From Bacteroidota bacterium (GTDB taxonomy: Bacteria > Bacteroidota > Bacteroidia > Chitinophagales > Chitinophagaceae), in the NCBI GenBank assembly GCA_018267965.1, contig JAFDXK010000001.1:1195520-1259519 (forward strand): 64,000 nucleotides of DNA, given 5' to 3'. Positions 28,836 to 38,600 of the stretch are shown piece by piece (the stretch's first letter is position 1; every line of letters begins with the position of its first letter). The notes below the pieces were generated by a model, which was not told the origin of the DNA, made no database searches, and saw only the letters and a list, made by a program, of their open reading frames with translations. A program made the translations under genes and the position numbers.

Positions 28836-31004
28836 ATGAAGCGCTACACTCTACTTCTGACGTTTATATTACTACGCATTTTTGAGGCATATGCACAAAC
28901 GGTATGTCCTCCTAATATTGACTTTGAACAAGGTAATTTTACCAATTGGACTCCTTATACAGGCACATGCTGTCCCATAAATGTATCACAGGTAGGCGCT
29001 CCTGTGTCTAACAGGCATGAATTAAAATCAATTGTTTCTACACCATCTACAGACCCTTATGGAGGTTTTCCTGTTATAGCTCCTTCAAGCGGGTTATATT
29101 CAGTAAAAATTGGCAATGACCAAACCGGTGCACAAGCAGAAAGTATCCGTTATTTTTTAAAGATACCCTCAACAGCCAGCTCCGCGTATGTTCTGGTATT
29201 CAGATACGCTGTAGTTTTTCAGGACCCCGGACATACTATCCAACAACAACCCCGTTTTGAAGTAGCTGCATTAGATTCAGCCACAGGTGATACTATCGGC
29301 TGCAACCACTTTACATTCGTTGCATCATCATCATTGCCCGGCTTCATTACTGCATCTACCGGCAGTAACGTTTTATACAAACCATGGTCTACCTATTCAA
29401 TAGATTTATCTAAAGCAAAAGGCAAGACAGTAGCACTTGATTTTGCTACCGGTGATTGTGCTTTAGGTGCTCATTTCGGTTATGGCTATGTAGATGTCAA
29501 TTGTGGTTTGTTTGAAACACTAAAAAAAGTATGCAGCCCCGGAGACCTGACACAAGTTGTAGCACCTGCCGGATTTCAAAATTATGCATGGTGGGATTCA
29601 GCTTTTACGACCTATTATGGTGGTACACAAACACAAAACCTGACGGTACCATATCAAACAAAGACTTATGCGGTTGTATTAACGCCATACCCCGGCTTAG
29701 GATGTAATGATACTTTATATACTACTCTGAGTCTCGAAGACCTCGTTACCAACCCAACATCAGATACCACTATTTGTGTTGATAGTAGCATAGCACTGCA
29801 ACTACACTCTAACGTAACAGCGGCATATCCTCCAGTTATGTATTCATGGGCACCACCTACAGGCTTAAGTTGTACCAACTGCGCCGACCCTGTAGCTAAT
29901 CTGTCTGCTAATGCAAAATATTACTTTACTGTAGTTGACAGTAAAGGATGTAAACGGTGGGATACATTAGATATCAATGTAGGTAAAACGGTCATTGCGA
30001 ACATGAGCAAACCTGCAGATAGTGTTTGCCAGTTTTTAGATGTGGGTCTTCAAAATCTGTTCAAGCATAAAATTGGCTCTGCATATGATTGGGGGCTGGA
30101 TAGTGGCGGTAAAATAAGAAGTATTGATACTAACACGGCAGTAGTATATTGGACTACGACGGGTCTAAAAAAGATAAAACTCCACGTTCACAATGGCGGT
30201 TGTTACGACGATGATTCAGCTTATGTGTACGTAAAACCTACGTCAGTAGCTTCTTTCGATCTTAAGAAAACAGCATGCATTAACGAGGAGCTCACACTAA
30301 CGCCAATGGAAACCAAAGATGCAACCTACCATTGGACGATTACCCAAGGTAGCATTACAGATACTACCTATGTTCCTAAATATACCCTCAAGTGGGACAA
30401 CAAAGGACTAAAAACAGTTACGCTTACATTGAATGCTAAAAACTTCTGCGCTACAGCACCATACAGCTCTACTGTGTTTGTAAATGACAACCCTGATGCG
30501 AAAATATCATTGAGTACAGACAACTATTGTATCGGCGATCATATTACCCTCCGCTGCAATGAAGGTTCTGATAATTATTACGCATGGAGCCCTGTTGAAT
30601 ATTTTGAAACCAACAACTATCACGAGGTAACTATGAAAGTAGAAAACTCAACAGTTGTCAATCTTAAAGTCATTAACCGTTGGGGTTGCTATAATACAGA
30701 CAGCACATACATCAATACTACTACCTGCTGCAGGCCTATTATGCCGGGTGCATTTACGCCAAACAAAGACGGACACAATGATACCTACAGGCCTTTAGGA
30801 TTAGACAATCAACAGGTAATTAGTTTTGTGGTAAGAAACAGATATGGCCAAGTGGTGTTCGAGGGAAAGAACTCCAAAGACACATGGGATGGTACCATAA
30901 ACGGCACTCCGCAGGATGTAGGCACCTACTATTATTATTTGAAATACCTGTGCAATTATAAAGACACCAAAGAAGAAAAAGGAAGTTTCACTTTATTAAG
31001 ATAA
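28836..31004 (+). CDS. T9SS type-B C-terminal-domain (gliding-motility-associated CTD) secreted protein
   Basis: 722 aa with a signal peptide. It is Cys-rich with Ig-like repeats. The C-terminal 90 aa (PGAFTPNKDGHNDTY...YYYYLKY) match the CHU_C / type-B sorting domain. Confidence 0.75.
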   Translation: MKRYTLLLTFILLRIFEAYAQTVCPPNIDFEQGNFTNWTPYTGTCCPINVSQVGAPVSNRHELKSIVSTPSTDPYGGFPVIAPSSGLYSVKIGNDQTGAQAESIRYFLKIPSTASSAYVLVFRYAVVFQDPGHTIQQQPRFEVAALDSATGDTIGCNHFTFVASSSLPGFITASTGSNVLYKPWSTYSIDLSKAKGKTVALDFATGDCALGAHFGYGYVDVNCGLFETLKKVCSPGDLTQVVAPAGFQNYAWWDSAFTTYYGGTQTQNLTVPYQTKTYAVVLTPYPGLGCNDTLYTTLSLEDLVTNPTSDTTICVDSSIALQLHSNVTAAYPPVMYSWAPPTGLSCTNCADPVANLSANAKYYFTVVDSKGCKRWDTLDINVGKTVIANMSKPADSVCQFLDVGLQNLFKHKIGSAYDWGLDSGGKIRSIDTNTAVVYWTTTGLKKIKLHVHNGGCYDDDSAYVYVKPTSVASFDLKKTACINEELTLTPMETKDATYHWTITQGSITDTTYVPKYTLKWDNKGLKTVTLTLNAKNFCATAPYSSTVFVNDNPDAKISLSTDNYCIGDHITLRCNEGSDNYYAWSPVEYFETNNYHEVTMKVENSTVVNLKVINRWGCYNTDSTYINTTTCCRPIMPGAFTPNKDGHNDTYRPLGLDNQQVISFVVRNRYGQVVFEGKNSKDTWDGTINGTPQDVGTYYYYLKYLCNYKDTKEEKGSFTLLR

Positions 31005-31006
31005 AC

Positions 31007-31033
31007 AAAACGCCGGCATATAGCCGGCGTTTC
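31007..31033. terminator. Bidirectional rho-independent terminator
   Basis: aaaacgccggc-atata-gccggcgtttc lies between convergent genes ending at 31004 (+) and 31041 (-). Confidence 0.8.
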
Positions 31034-31040
31034 TCATTCA

Positions 31041-32960
31041 TTACTCAGGTTTATCTGTTTTACCGTTTATCTTCTTATCAGCATCCATCATATCCATCAG
31101 TTTCAAACCTAATAAACCGTTCATGGAACCTTCAGTGCCATTACCTCCGTTGATGATAATTTCAGGTATCACCTTGATACTGTTCTTACCTATCTCTTCG
31201 GTAATCTTATAACGGGTAAAGTTATCACCACCCATTGCCTTCACCTGAAGTTCATAAGCTTCAGCGGTAGACTTACCAATTGCGAGTATCTTCTCAGCTT
31301 CGGCATTACCTGTTTTAGCGATCTTTTCAGCTTCAGCTACAGCATTCAGCTTAGTTGATTCAGCCTGCGCAGCAGCACGCATTTTAGTAGCCTCACTCTC
31401 GGCATTAGCACGCATCTTGGTAGCTTCTGCCTCTGCATTTACCTGTAGCTTCAAACTCGAAGCATCACCTTCTGCTTTCTTAACGGTTGCATCAGCAGTG
31501 CGTTGAGCTATCTCTACGCTTTGTTGTGCTTTCACTATTTCCTTTTGCATATCGGCAATAGCTGTTTCTTTTTCTACACCCTGGCGTTTTTCCTGAGCCA
31601 TACGTTGTGTTTCATAGGTCTTTTCTTCCTCCTGCGCTATCTTACGGTCAGTAAGTGTTTTCATCAATGCTTCAGGTGGTACGATGTCACCTATCAACGT
31701 ATCCACGGCATTTACGTTATACTCTTCCAGCACACGTTGAATGTGCATTTTTGCAGCGTCTTGTCTTTCCTTACGTGTAGACAGGAATGATATTACATCA
31801 CTATCCTGTGCTGAGTTACGGAAGTAGTTACCGATGGTTGGCTCCAACACTTGCGATACCAGGTTGGTCATACTACCGAAACGGGCTATCACTTTAGGTG
31901 CTTCGTTTGCAGGTATATGTATGATTTGTGCTACGTCAAGATTGAACGGGAAACCGTCTTTAGAACGTACAGTTATTGTACTGAGGTTCTTGTCCAAAGC
32001 ATGTGCCTCACTACGGGCATTGGCCCAGTTCAGCACCAGGTTGGTAGTTGGCACCACTTCCACTTTCATTGTATAGATGTTGATTGGGTATTTACCCGGG
32101 CCTAATGGCTCCATCCATACACCACGATAACCTTTCGATACGATGTTACCATGCTTAAAGCTTTCACCCGTTACGTCTTTACCGTCTTCGCCTATGTAGC
32201 TAATCACAACACCTACATGACCAATAGGTACTTCAGTCATTACACGCTCTTCTATTTGTATAGCCCATGGGTTCAGGTAATACGAACCTGCCAATATCAC
32301 TTGTGGTTGCAAACCACGGCTACCGCCATTATTCAGGAAGGTATCAATATCCTGAAAGTTGTTGTGACCCGGTATTTCTCTACCCGCAATTTGTCCCTGT
32401 GGTATAGGCTCACCGTCAAGAGTGGTAACAATACCTACCCTGTTTTCGTGAATAGTAACCTGGTCTGTTATCGCTATATCAAACAACAATGTGTTGATAC
32501 GATAAGAACCTGCTGTAACAAAAGCTGTTTGTCTACCACGCTGACCACCATTCAACAAGAATTTTTCAGCATCCTGGAAATTATCGCAATCTACTTTGCG
32601 AGCAAGGATACGGCCTGTAGGTATTTCAGCACCGTCTTTTGACAATACGAGGCCCAATTTGCCTTCGGGTATCACTGTAAACGGCACCATGTTCACACTA
32701 TACTGCCATGGCCACATGAACCAAAACAGACCCGGAGCTAATGTTTTTGCCTGGAAACCGGCTTCACCATTTGTTGCTACGATGCGGCCGTCAGGTAACG
32801 CACGATTAGCACCAAACAAAACAAACTTTTTTGTTACTAATCCTATTCGGTTTTCAGGTACGATTACCATACCGAAAATAACCCGAAGGATAACCTTGTA
32901 AAATACAAGGGCAATAATCAGGGCAACAGCCCACCAATAATTGGTTAATACACTTAACAT
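31041..32960 (-). CDS. Flotillin / SPFH (band 7) family protein
   Basis: 639 aa with an N-terminal TM helix, three internal 60-70 aa repeats, an SPFH core and a C-terminal coiled coil with near-identical 11-aa repeats (EATKMRANAES EATKMRAAAQAES). Confidence 0.75.
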   Translation of the reverse strand: MLSVLTNYWWAVALIIALVFYKVILRVIFGMVIVPENRIGLVTKKFVLFGANRALPDGRIVATNGEAGFQAKTLAPGLFWFMWPWQYSVNMVPFTVIPEGKLGLVLSKDGAEIPTGRILARKVDCDNFQDAEKFLLNGGQRGRQTAFVTAGSYRINTLLFDIAITDQVTIHENRVGIVTTLDGEPIPQGQIAGREIPGHNNFQDIDTFLNNGGSRGLQPQVILAGSYYLNPWAIQIEERVMTEVPIGHVGVVISYIGEDGKDVTGESFKHGNIVSKGYRGVWMEPLGPGKYPINIYTMKVEVVPTTNLVLNWANARSEAHALDKNLSTITVRSKDGFPFNLDVAQIIHIPANEAPKVIARFGSMTNLVSQVLEPTIGNYFRNSAQDSDVISFLSTRKERQDAAKMHIQRVLEEYNVNAVDTLIGDIVPPEALMKTLTDRKIAQEEEKTYETQRMAQEKRQGVEKETAIADMQKEIVKAQQSVEIAQRTADATVKKAEGDASSLKLQVNAEAEATKMRANAESEATKMRAAAQAESTKLNAVAEAEKIAKTGNAEAEKILAIGKSTAEAYELQVKAMGGDNFTRYKITEEIGKNSIKVIPEIIINGGNGTEGSMNGLLGLKLMDMMDADKKINGKTDKPE

Positions 32961-33352
32961 GTTTAGTTGATTTTATGATTGTTTAATAAATGATATTTCT
33001 TTTCCCTTCCTGCGTACAGGTCAGATGATTTTAGCGATCTTGTTTATAGAGACTCTATTTCGCGAATGCGCAAGGCGGATGTACCATCTTTTTATGGTTC
33101 ACCATTGTTTCTTTAAGAAAGAAAACAAAGCGACGAACGATACCTTTTTCCTGAAAAGCTGAGTGTACAGAAGTGAGGGTCTTACTTAGCGGTTGTGTAT
33201 AAATACACATAGTTTTAGTTGATTGATTGTGTATTAATACTCATCAAATAATGTACCAAACCCATTCACTTTAGCAAGATTTCTTATTTGAACACACCGG
33301 GTATTTTAATGCTAGGGCATTAAAAACTATCTTTGCACATCGTTTCAGAAAC

Positions 33353-34525
33353 ATGTCAGATAATAACAGATACAACCAACGCGGTGTTTCAGCCCAAAAA
33401 GAAGATGTACATAAAGCCATAGCAAAGCTGGATAAAGGTTTATATCCGAATGCGTTTTGCAAAATATACCCCGACTATTGGGGCGGAGATGATGCGTACT
33501 GCAACCTGATGCATGCTGACGGTGCAGGCACCAAATCGATACTGGCATATATGTACTGGAAAGAAACAGGAGATATGAGCGTATGGAAAGGCATATCTAT
33601 CGATTCGATAGTAATGAATATCGACGATATGCTTTGTGTTGGCGCTACTGGGCCTTTTACATATTCTTCTACTATAGGCAGGAATAAACACCTGATACCT
33701 GGTGAAGTAATTTCTGAACTGATAAACGGCACACAGTCCTACTTCGACAGGCTTGCTGAATATGGCATCGATGTGAAACTGATGGGTGGTGAAACTGCAG
33801 ATGTGGGAGATGTGGTAAGAACAGTTATCGTTGATGGTACAATGTCATGCCGTATGCGCAGGGACAAATTAGTTACCACCGAGAAAATGATAGCCGGTGA
33901 TGTAATAGTTTCTTTAGCCAGCTATGGACAAGCAAGCTATGAAGATGAATATAACAGCGGAATGGGTAGCAATGGGCTTACCAGTGCACGCCACGAACTG
34001 CTGAAAAAAGAATACGCAACAAAGTACCCTGAAAGTGTAGATCCTAATTTGCCTTCAGATGTAGTATATAATGGTACGTATGGCCTTACTGATATGACCG
34101 AAACAGGGCTTGATGTAGGTAAAATGATATTATCTCCTACCCGCACCTATGCACCGGTAGTATTGCAAATACTGCAAAAACATTTCGATAAGATACACGG
34201 TATCATACATTGCAGTGGTGGCGGACAAAGCAAATGCCTGCACTATCTGCCTAAACCATTGCGAGTGGTAAAGAACAATTTATTGCCCATTCCTCCGTTA
34301 TTTACCATGATACAACAATCTGCAGGCACTGACTGGAGAGAAATGTACCAGGTATTTAATATGGGGCAAAGGCTGGAGATATTTACTGATAAAGAAACAG
34401 CAGCTGCTATCATAGAAATATCTGAAAAATTCAATATAAATGCTCAAATATCAGGTTACGTAGAAAATGCAGAAGCTAAAGAAGTAATAGTAGAGTCAGC
34501 TTATGGCATGTTTTCGTATAAGTAG
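33353..34525 (+). CDS. AIR synthase-related protein (PurM-like phosphoribosylformylglycinamidine cyclo-ligase, Bacteroidota long form)
   Basis: 390 aa. The HADGAGTK and VGATG motifs and the overall layout resemble the Bacteroidota PurM-type enzyme. Confidence 0.55.
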   Translation: MSDNNRYNQRGVSAQKEDVHKAIAKLDKGLYPNAFCKIYPDYWGGDDAYCNLMHADGAGTKSILAYMYWKETGDMSVWKGISIDSIVMNIDDMLCVGATGPFTYSSTIGRNKHLIPGEVISELINGTQSYFDRLAEYGIDVKLMGGETADVGDVVRTVIVDGTMSCRMRRDKLVTTEKMIAGDVIVSLASYGQASYEDEYNSGMGSNGLTSARHELLKKEYATKYPESVDPNLPSDVVYNGTYGLTDMTETGLDVGKMILSPTRTYAPVVLQILQKHFDKIHGIIHCSGGGQSKCLHYLPKPLRVVKNNLLPIPPLFTMIQQSAGTDWREMYQVFNMGQRLEIFTDKETAAAIIEISEKFNINAQISGYVENAEAKEVIVESAYGMFSYK

Positions 34526-34606
34526 TACCTTAAAAATACATATCTTTATTTTTAAATAAACGAATTTGGCACAATCTGTGCAAGAGTTTTAAAAACAAAA
34601 TAACCT

Positions 34607-35455
34607 ATGAATATTAAATCAATTTCCATCTGCTTACTCGGTTTAACACTTAGTATCTCTGCATCCGCACAAGACAAAATTTACAAACGTAATGGCGGTG
34701 TTATCGATGGTAAAGTACAGGAAGTTACCTCTAAAAATGTCTCTTATAAAAAAGCTGACAACCCTGAAGGGCCTACTTATGTAATCGAAAAATCAGCACT
34801 TGATAGGATAGAATATCAAAATGGTTCTGAAGATGTATTTAAAGAAGAGCGTCATGGCAGAGAAACTGAAGATAGGCCTGCACGCAAAGAAAACAAGATA
34901 AAGTATGGTAACAATGTGCTGGCTGTTGCTCCTTTGCAATTGACGGAAAATGGTATTGGTGTTGGTTTAACTTACGAAAGAGTGCTTGATAAAAAAGGTA
35001 TAATCAGCTTCTATATGCCTGCAATAGTATCCTTCAGTTATGATAATAGTGGGAATACACCTGTACCAATGACTAGTACCGGCCCTACATATTATAACAA
35101 CAATGGTACTCCCTTCTATTATGTAATGCCGGGATTGAAAATCTATCCAACAGGCAGCAAAGGAAAGGTAAGGTATGCAGTTGGCCCGAACATAGTACTG
35201 ATGTCAGGTCAGCAACATGTGAGCTATTTTGTGTATGATAATTACGGTAACCCTATACAGTTAGTTGATGCTAACAAAAATCAATTCGCACTAGGTGTAA
35301 TGGTTAACAACTCACTTAACATGAATCCTACAAAACACCTTTATTTAGGCCTTGAATTAGGTTTGGGTGTTTCTTATATGAACCAGGTTGATGGTATTAA
35401 CCAGGGTGAATACGGATTTACTCAATTTGCATTCAAAATGGGTTATCGTTTCTAA
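34607..35455 (+). CDS. Hypothetical outer-membrane beta-barrel protein
   Basis: 282 aa with a signal peptide (SASAQ), alternating hydrophobic beta-strand pattern and a C-terminal aromatic residue (…MGYRF). Confidence 0.5.
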   Translation: MNIKSISICLLGLTLSISASAQDKIYKRNGGVIDGKVQEVTSKNVSYKKADNPEGPTYVIEKSALDRIEYQNGSEDVFKEERHGRETEDRPARKENKIKYGNNVLAVAPLQLTENGIGVGLTYERVLDKKGIISFYMPAIVSFSYDNSGNTPVPMTSTGPTYYNNNGTPFYYVMPGLKIYPTGSKGKVRYAVGPNIVLMSGQQHVSYFVYDNYGNPIQLVDANKNQFALGVMVNNSLNMNPTKHLYLGLELGLGVSYMNQVDGINQGEYGFTQFAFKMGYRF

Positions 35456-35478
35456 TAAAACCTCTGATAATTATATAA

Positions 35479-35507
35479 TAAAGCCATCCTTTGAGGATGG
35501 CTTTATA
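35479..35507. terminator. Bidirectional terminator hairpin
   Basis: aaagccatcct-ttg-aggatggcttt lies between convergent genes (35455 + and 35528 -). Confidence 0.7.
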
Positions 35508-35527
35508 GTTTCAGGGAATATTTTAAT

Positions 35528-36082
35528 CTACTTCAGCGGATTAGCAGTAATACTCAAAGTTGTGTTTACATCTGCCTTGCTGTTAGAATCAGGATACTTT
35601 GTAAAATGTGCGGCAATCCTTACGTACATCGAATCTTTGATGAAGTATTCTTTCAACTCGATGTCGTTACATGTTAGGTCAATAGTTTTTAACAGGTTAG
35701 GTATGTTATACCTGTAAGCAGCCAATTGTTCGGGAAGGTTGTCAGCAGAGATATATACTCTTACAGAGTCCATAAAATTCAAATAGCCATTGGCAGGATT
35801 AGTAAGTGTCATCCCTAAACTGGCAGCCTTAACACTTGTCAGTAAATCGGTGCTGGTATTATTTTCTTTTACAAAGTTGCTGGAATTGGTAACGATGGTA
35901 TATTTCAGGAAATCAACACTAATACCCTGTGCAGGGAAAGTATCTGCTTTGGTTATATTAGGTATATCTACACTCTGCTTATAATCCAGGTTTTTATGTA
36001 TGGTAATCAAGTCTTTCAGGGTTTTACCACAAGACACAAGGATAATTACAAGCGCAATAAGTACGAATGATATTCTTTTCAT
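35528..36082 (-). CDS. Hypothetical lipoprotein
   Basis: 184 aa with a signal peptide plus lipobox (LVSCGK). Confidence 0.45.
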   Translation of the reverse strand: MKRISFVLIALVIILVSCGKTLKDLITIHKNLDYKQSVDIPNITKADTFPAQGISVDFLKYTIVTNSSNFVKENNTSTDLLTSVKAASLGMTLTNPANGYLNFMDSVRVYISADNLPEQLAAYRYNIPNLLKTIDLTCNDIELKEYFIKDSMYVRIAAHFTKYPDSNSKADVNTTLSITANPLK

Positions 36083-36166
36083 ATAGTTAAATGTTATTCT
36101 AATTTACATATTTAGGGTTTAAAAATCGAATATTATTATCCCCAATGCCGTAATTTTGCAGCCCTG

Positions 36167-37444
36167 ATGCCAAATTCAAAAACAATAGCATTTCATACAT
36201 TGGGCTGTAAGCTTAACTATTCGGAGACATCCACGTTAAGCCGCATGCTTGAAACTGATGGCTTCATCAAAAAGGATTTTGATGAAACTGCAGATGTGTA
36301 TGTTATCAATACCTGTTCTGTTACTGAGAATGCGGACAAAGAATGCAGGCAAATTGTAAGGCGAATTCAAAGGCGCGCTCCTGAATCAGTAGTTGTTATT
36401 ACAGGCTGTTATGCTCAATTGAAACCTGAAGAGATTGCTTCAATAGATGGTGTAGACTTAGTATTAGGTGCTGCAGAGAAATTCAACTTATCAAAACACC
36501 TGAGCGAGTTCACTAAAGGTGATAGTGCTAAGATATGTTCCTGCGATATTGATGATGTAAATGGCTTTAATAGCTCCTACTCTATCAACGACCGTACCCG
36601 TACCTTTTTGAAAGTGCAGGATGGTTGTGATTATAATTGCAGCTTCTGTACTATACCATTAGCACGTGGTCATAGCCGCAGCGATAGCATTCAAGGAGTA
36701 GTAAATAATGTAAAGGAGTTGGCTAAATCGGGAACCAAAGAGATAGTACTCACTGGCATCAACCTTGGAGATTTCGGCAAAGGCTACGAAGGTGGTAAAA
36801 AGATTGAAACCAGTTTCTATGAATTGATACAGGTATTAGATGAGATTGAAGGTATTGAACGTTACCGTATATCATCAATAGAGCCTAACCTGTTAACAAA
36901 CGACATCATTGAATTTGTAGCAAAGTCTAAACGCTTTATGCCACACTTTCACATTCCACTGCAAAGCGGCAGCAATAAGATATTAGGCGCTATGCGCAGA
37001 CGTTACAAACGTGAGCTGTATGCAGAGAGGGTTGCTACCATCAAACAACTGATGCCACACTGCTGCATAGGTGCCGATGTGATAGTTGGATTCCCGTCAG
37101 AATCTGATGATGATTTCAAAGAGACATTTGATTTCCTACATGATATTAATGTTTCCTACTTGCATGTATTTACTTATTCCGAAAGAGCCAACACACACGC
37201 TCTCGAAATAAAACCTGTAGTTCCGATTCATGTAAGAAATGAGCGCAACAAAAGCCTCCGCAACTTATCCTACCAAAAAATGCAATACTTCACTGCACAA
37301 CATAATGGACAAACCCGTAAGGTGCTGTTTGAAAGCGCAGAGAAAAGCGGCATGATGGAAGGCTACACCGATAATTATATTAAAATACAAACACCATACC
37401 GCCAGGAATGGGTGAACAATTTAGTTGACTGGACAATCTTATAA
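36167..37444 (+). CDS. Radical-SAM tRNA methylthiotransferase (MtaB/MiaB family)
   Basis: 425 aa with an MTTase N-terminal domain (IAFHTLGCKLNYSET), a radical-SAM CxxxCxxC motif (CDYNCSFC) and no obvious long TRAM extension, consistent with MtaB-like. Confidence 0.75.
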   Translation: MPNSKTIAFHTLGCKLNYSETSTLSRMLETDGFIKKDFDETADVYVINTCSVTENADKECRQIVRRIQRRAPESVVVITGCYAQLKPEEIASIDGVDLVLGAAEKFNLSKHLSEFTKGDSAKICSCDIDDVNGFNSSYSINDRTRTFLKVQDGCDYNCSFCTIPLARGHSRSDSIQGVVNNVKELAKSGTKEIVLTGINLGDFGKGYEGGKKIETSFYELIQVLDEIEGIERYRISSIEPNLLTNDIIEFVAKSKRFMPHFHIPLQSGSNKILGAMRRRYKRELYAERVATIKQLMPHCCIGADVIVGFPSESDDDFKETFDFLHDINVSYLHVFTYSERANTHALEIKPVVPIHVRNERNKSLRNLSYQKMQYFTAQHNGQTRKVLFESAEKSGMMEGYTDNYIKIQTPYRQEWVNNLVDWTIL

Positions 37445-37486
37445 AGAACTTCGATTCTAAATCCTAACTTTACTTTCCCAATTTAA

Positions 37487-37559
<73 letters not shown>

Positions 37560-37562
37560 CAA

Positions 37563-37590
37563 GCCTTTGCATAAAGCAAAGGCTTTATTA
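37563..37590 (+). terminator. Terminator hairpin after tRNA-Lys
   Basis: aagcctttgc-ataaa-gcaaaggcttt followed by attaat. Confidence 0.55.
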
Positions 37591-37608
37591 ATGACTCATA
37601 GAAAATTA

Positions 37609-38103
37609 CTACTTTAATGTTGGCAATAATTCTTCAAGGTAATTTAACGTAGCAGTGAATCCTTCTTTGAAGCCCATTTCAATCATTCTTTCCATGCGCT
37701 CAAGAGAATCATTGTAAATAGTGATACTCACTTTCGTTATTCCGTTTTGTTCACTGAAAGTCAAATCCCAATCAGAGCCTGGCAATTGAGGGTTTGCATC
37801 TTTATCGGCAAAAGCATTTACGTATTTAAAATTAGTTTTCGGGCTGATGGACGTGTACATGTGCATGGCATAATGTTCCTGCCCTTCGGGGCTTACCATA
37901 GCGTAAAACCTTTGTCCTCCCACTTCAAAATTCATCGCCTTTGTTTTTGAGGTAAATGGTTTGGGCGCCCACCATAAGTCCAGTATATCAGCATTAGTCC
38001 ATGCATCCCAAACAAGGTCAAGACCGGCATTAAATTCACGCACAATGTGTGCTGTTTTAGTTTCCTTGTTTAAGGAAAAATCGAATAAAAGATTATTGCT
38101 CAT
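37609..38103 (-). CDS. SRPBCC domain protein (AHSA1/activator of Hsp90 ATPase-like)
   Basis: 164 aa with SRPBCC-fold composition. It is commonly co-transcribed with ArsR-type regulators, and overlaps arsR by 4 nt. Confidence 0.65.
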   Translation of the reverse strand: MSNNLLFDFSLNKETKTAHIVREFNAGLDLVWDAWTNADILDLWWAPKPFTSKTKAMNFEVGGQRFYAMVSPEGQEHYAMHMYTSISPKTNFKYVNAFADKDANPQLPGSDWDLTFSEQNGITKVSITIYNDSLERMERMIEMGFKEGFTATLNYLEELLPTLK

Positions 38104-38420
38104 TTCTTCTTATTTTTTAGTGTGAGTAATACATCATCAAGTTGATTGAAACGGGCTTCCCATATTTTCCTGAATTGCTCCAGCCAGATATCAACCTCTT
38201 TCATTTTTTTTATTTCAAGTGAGTAGTAGATCTCCCTACCCTGTTGCTCTTGTTTCACCAGCTCGCATTCTGTGAGTATCTGTAAATGTTTGGATACAGA
38301 CTGGCGGGTGGTGTCAAAATGCTCGGCAATCGCATTGGGTGTCATTGCTTGTAGCGCTATAAGTACCATAATGGCCCTTCTTGTGGGGTCAGCTATGGCT
38401 TGAAAAACGTCTCTTCTCAT
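38100..38420 (-). CDS. ArsR/SmtB family metalloregulatory transcriptional repressor
   Basis: 106 aa. A winged HTH ([16 protein letters not shown]...[23 protein letters not shown]) is the canonical ArsR signature. Confidence 0.85.
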   Translation of the reverse strand: MRRDVFQAIADPTRRAIMVLIALQAMTPNAIAEHFDTTRQSVSKHLQILTECELVKQEQQGREIYYSLEIKKMKEVDIWLEQFRKIWEARFNQLDDVLLTLKNKKK

Positions 38421-38424
38421 TGTA

Positions 38425-38480
38425 AACAGTTATAATTATGCAATCGTTCGGTTGCAAATATATACGCAATCATTCGGTTG
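38425..38480. promoter_or_regulatory. Putative ArsR operator: two direct copies of GCAATC(G/A)TTCGGTTGC upstream of arsR
   Basis: gcaatcgttcggttgc at about 38430..38445 and gcaatcattcggttgc at about 38457..38472. Each has GCAA/TTGC inverted arms. They lie immediately upstream of the arsR start. Confidence 0.45.
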
Positions 38481-38600
38481 CGCAAGTTTTTTTGAGAAAA
38501 TTTTAATATGGATTATAAAATACTGCGAATAAAATAATGATAATTCGTACTAAGTATATGATGCTATTACTTAAATAATAATTACATTTCTCAAACCGTT

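Noticed and set aside
33000-33352. Purine or other riboswitch in the 390-bp region upstream of the PurM-like gene
   Set aside because: No recognisable conserved riboswitch core (for example the purine-riboswitch junction motifs) could be read. The region more likely holds divergent promoters for the flotillin and purM-like genes.
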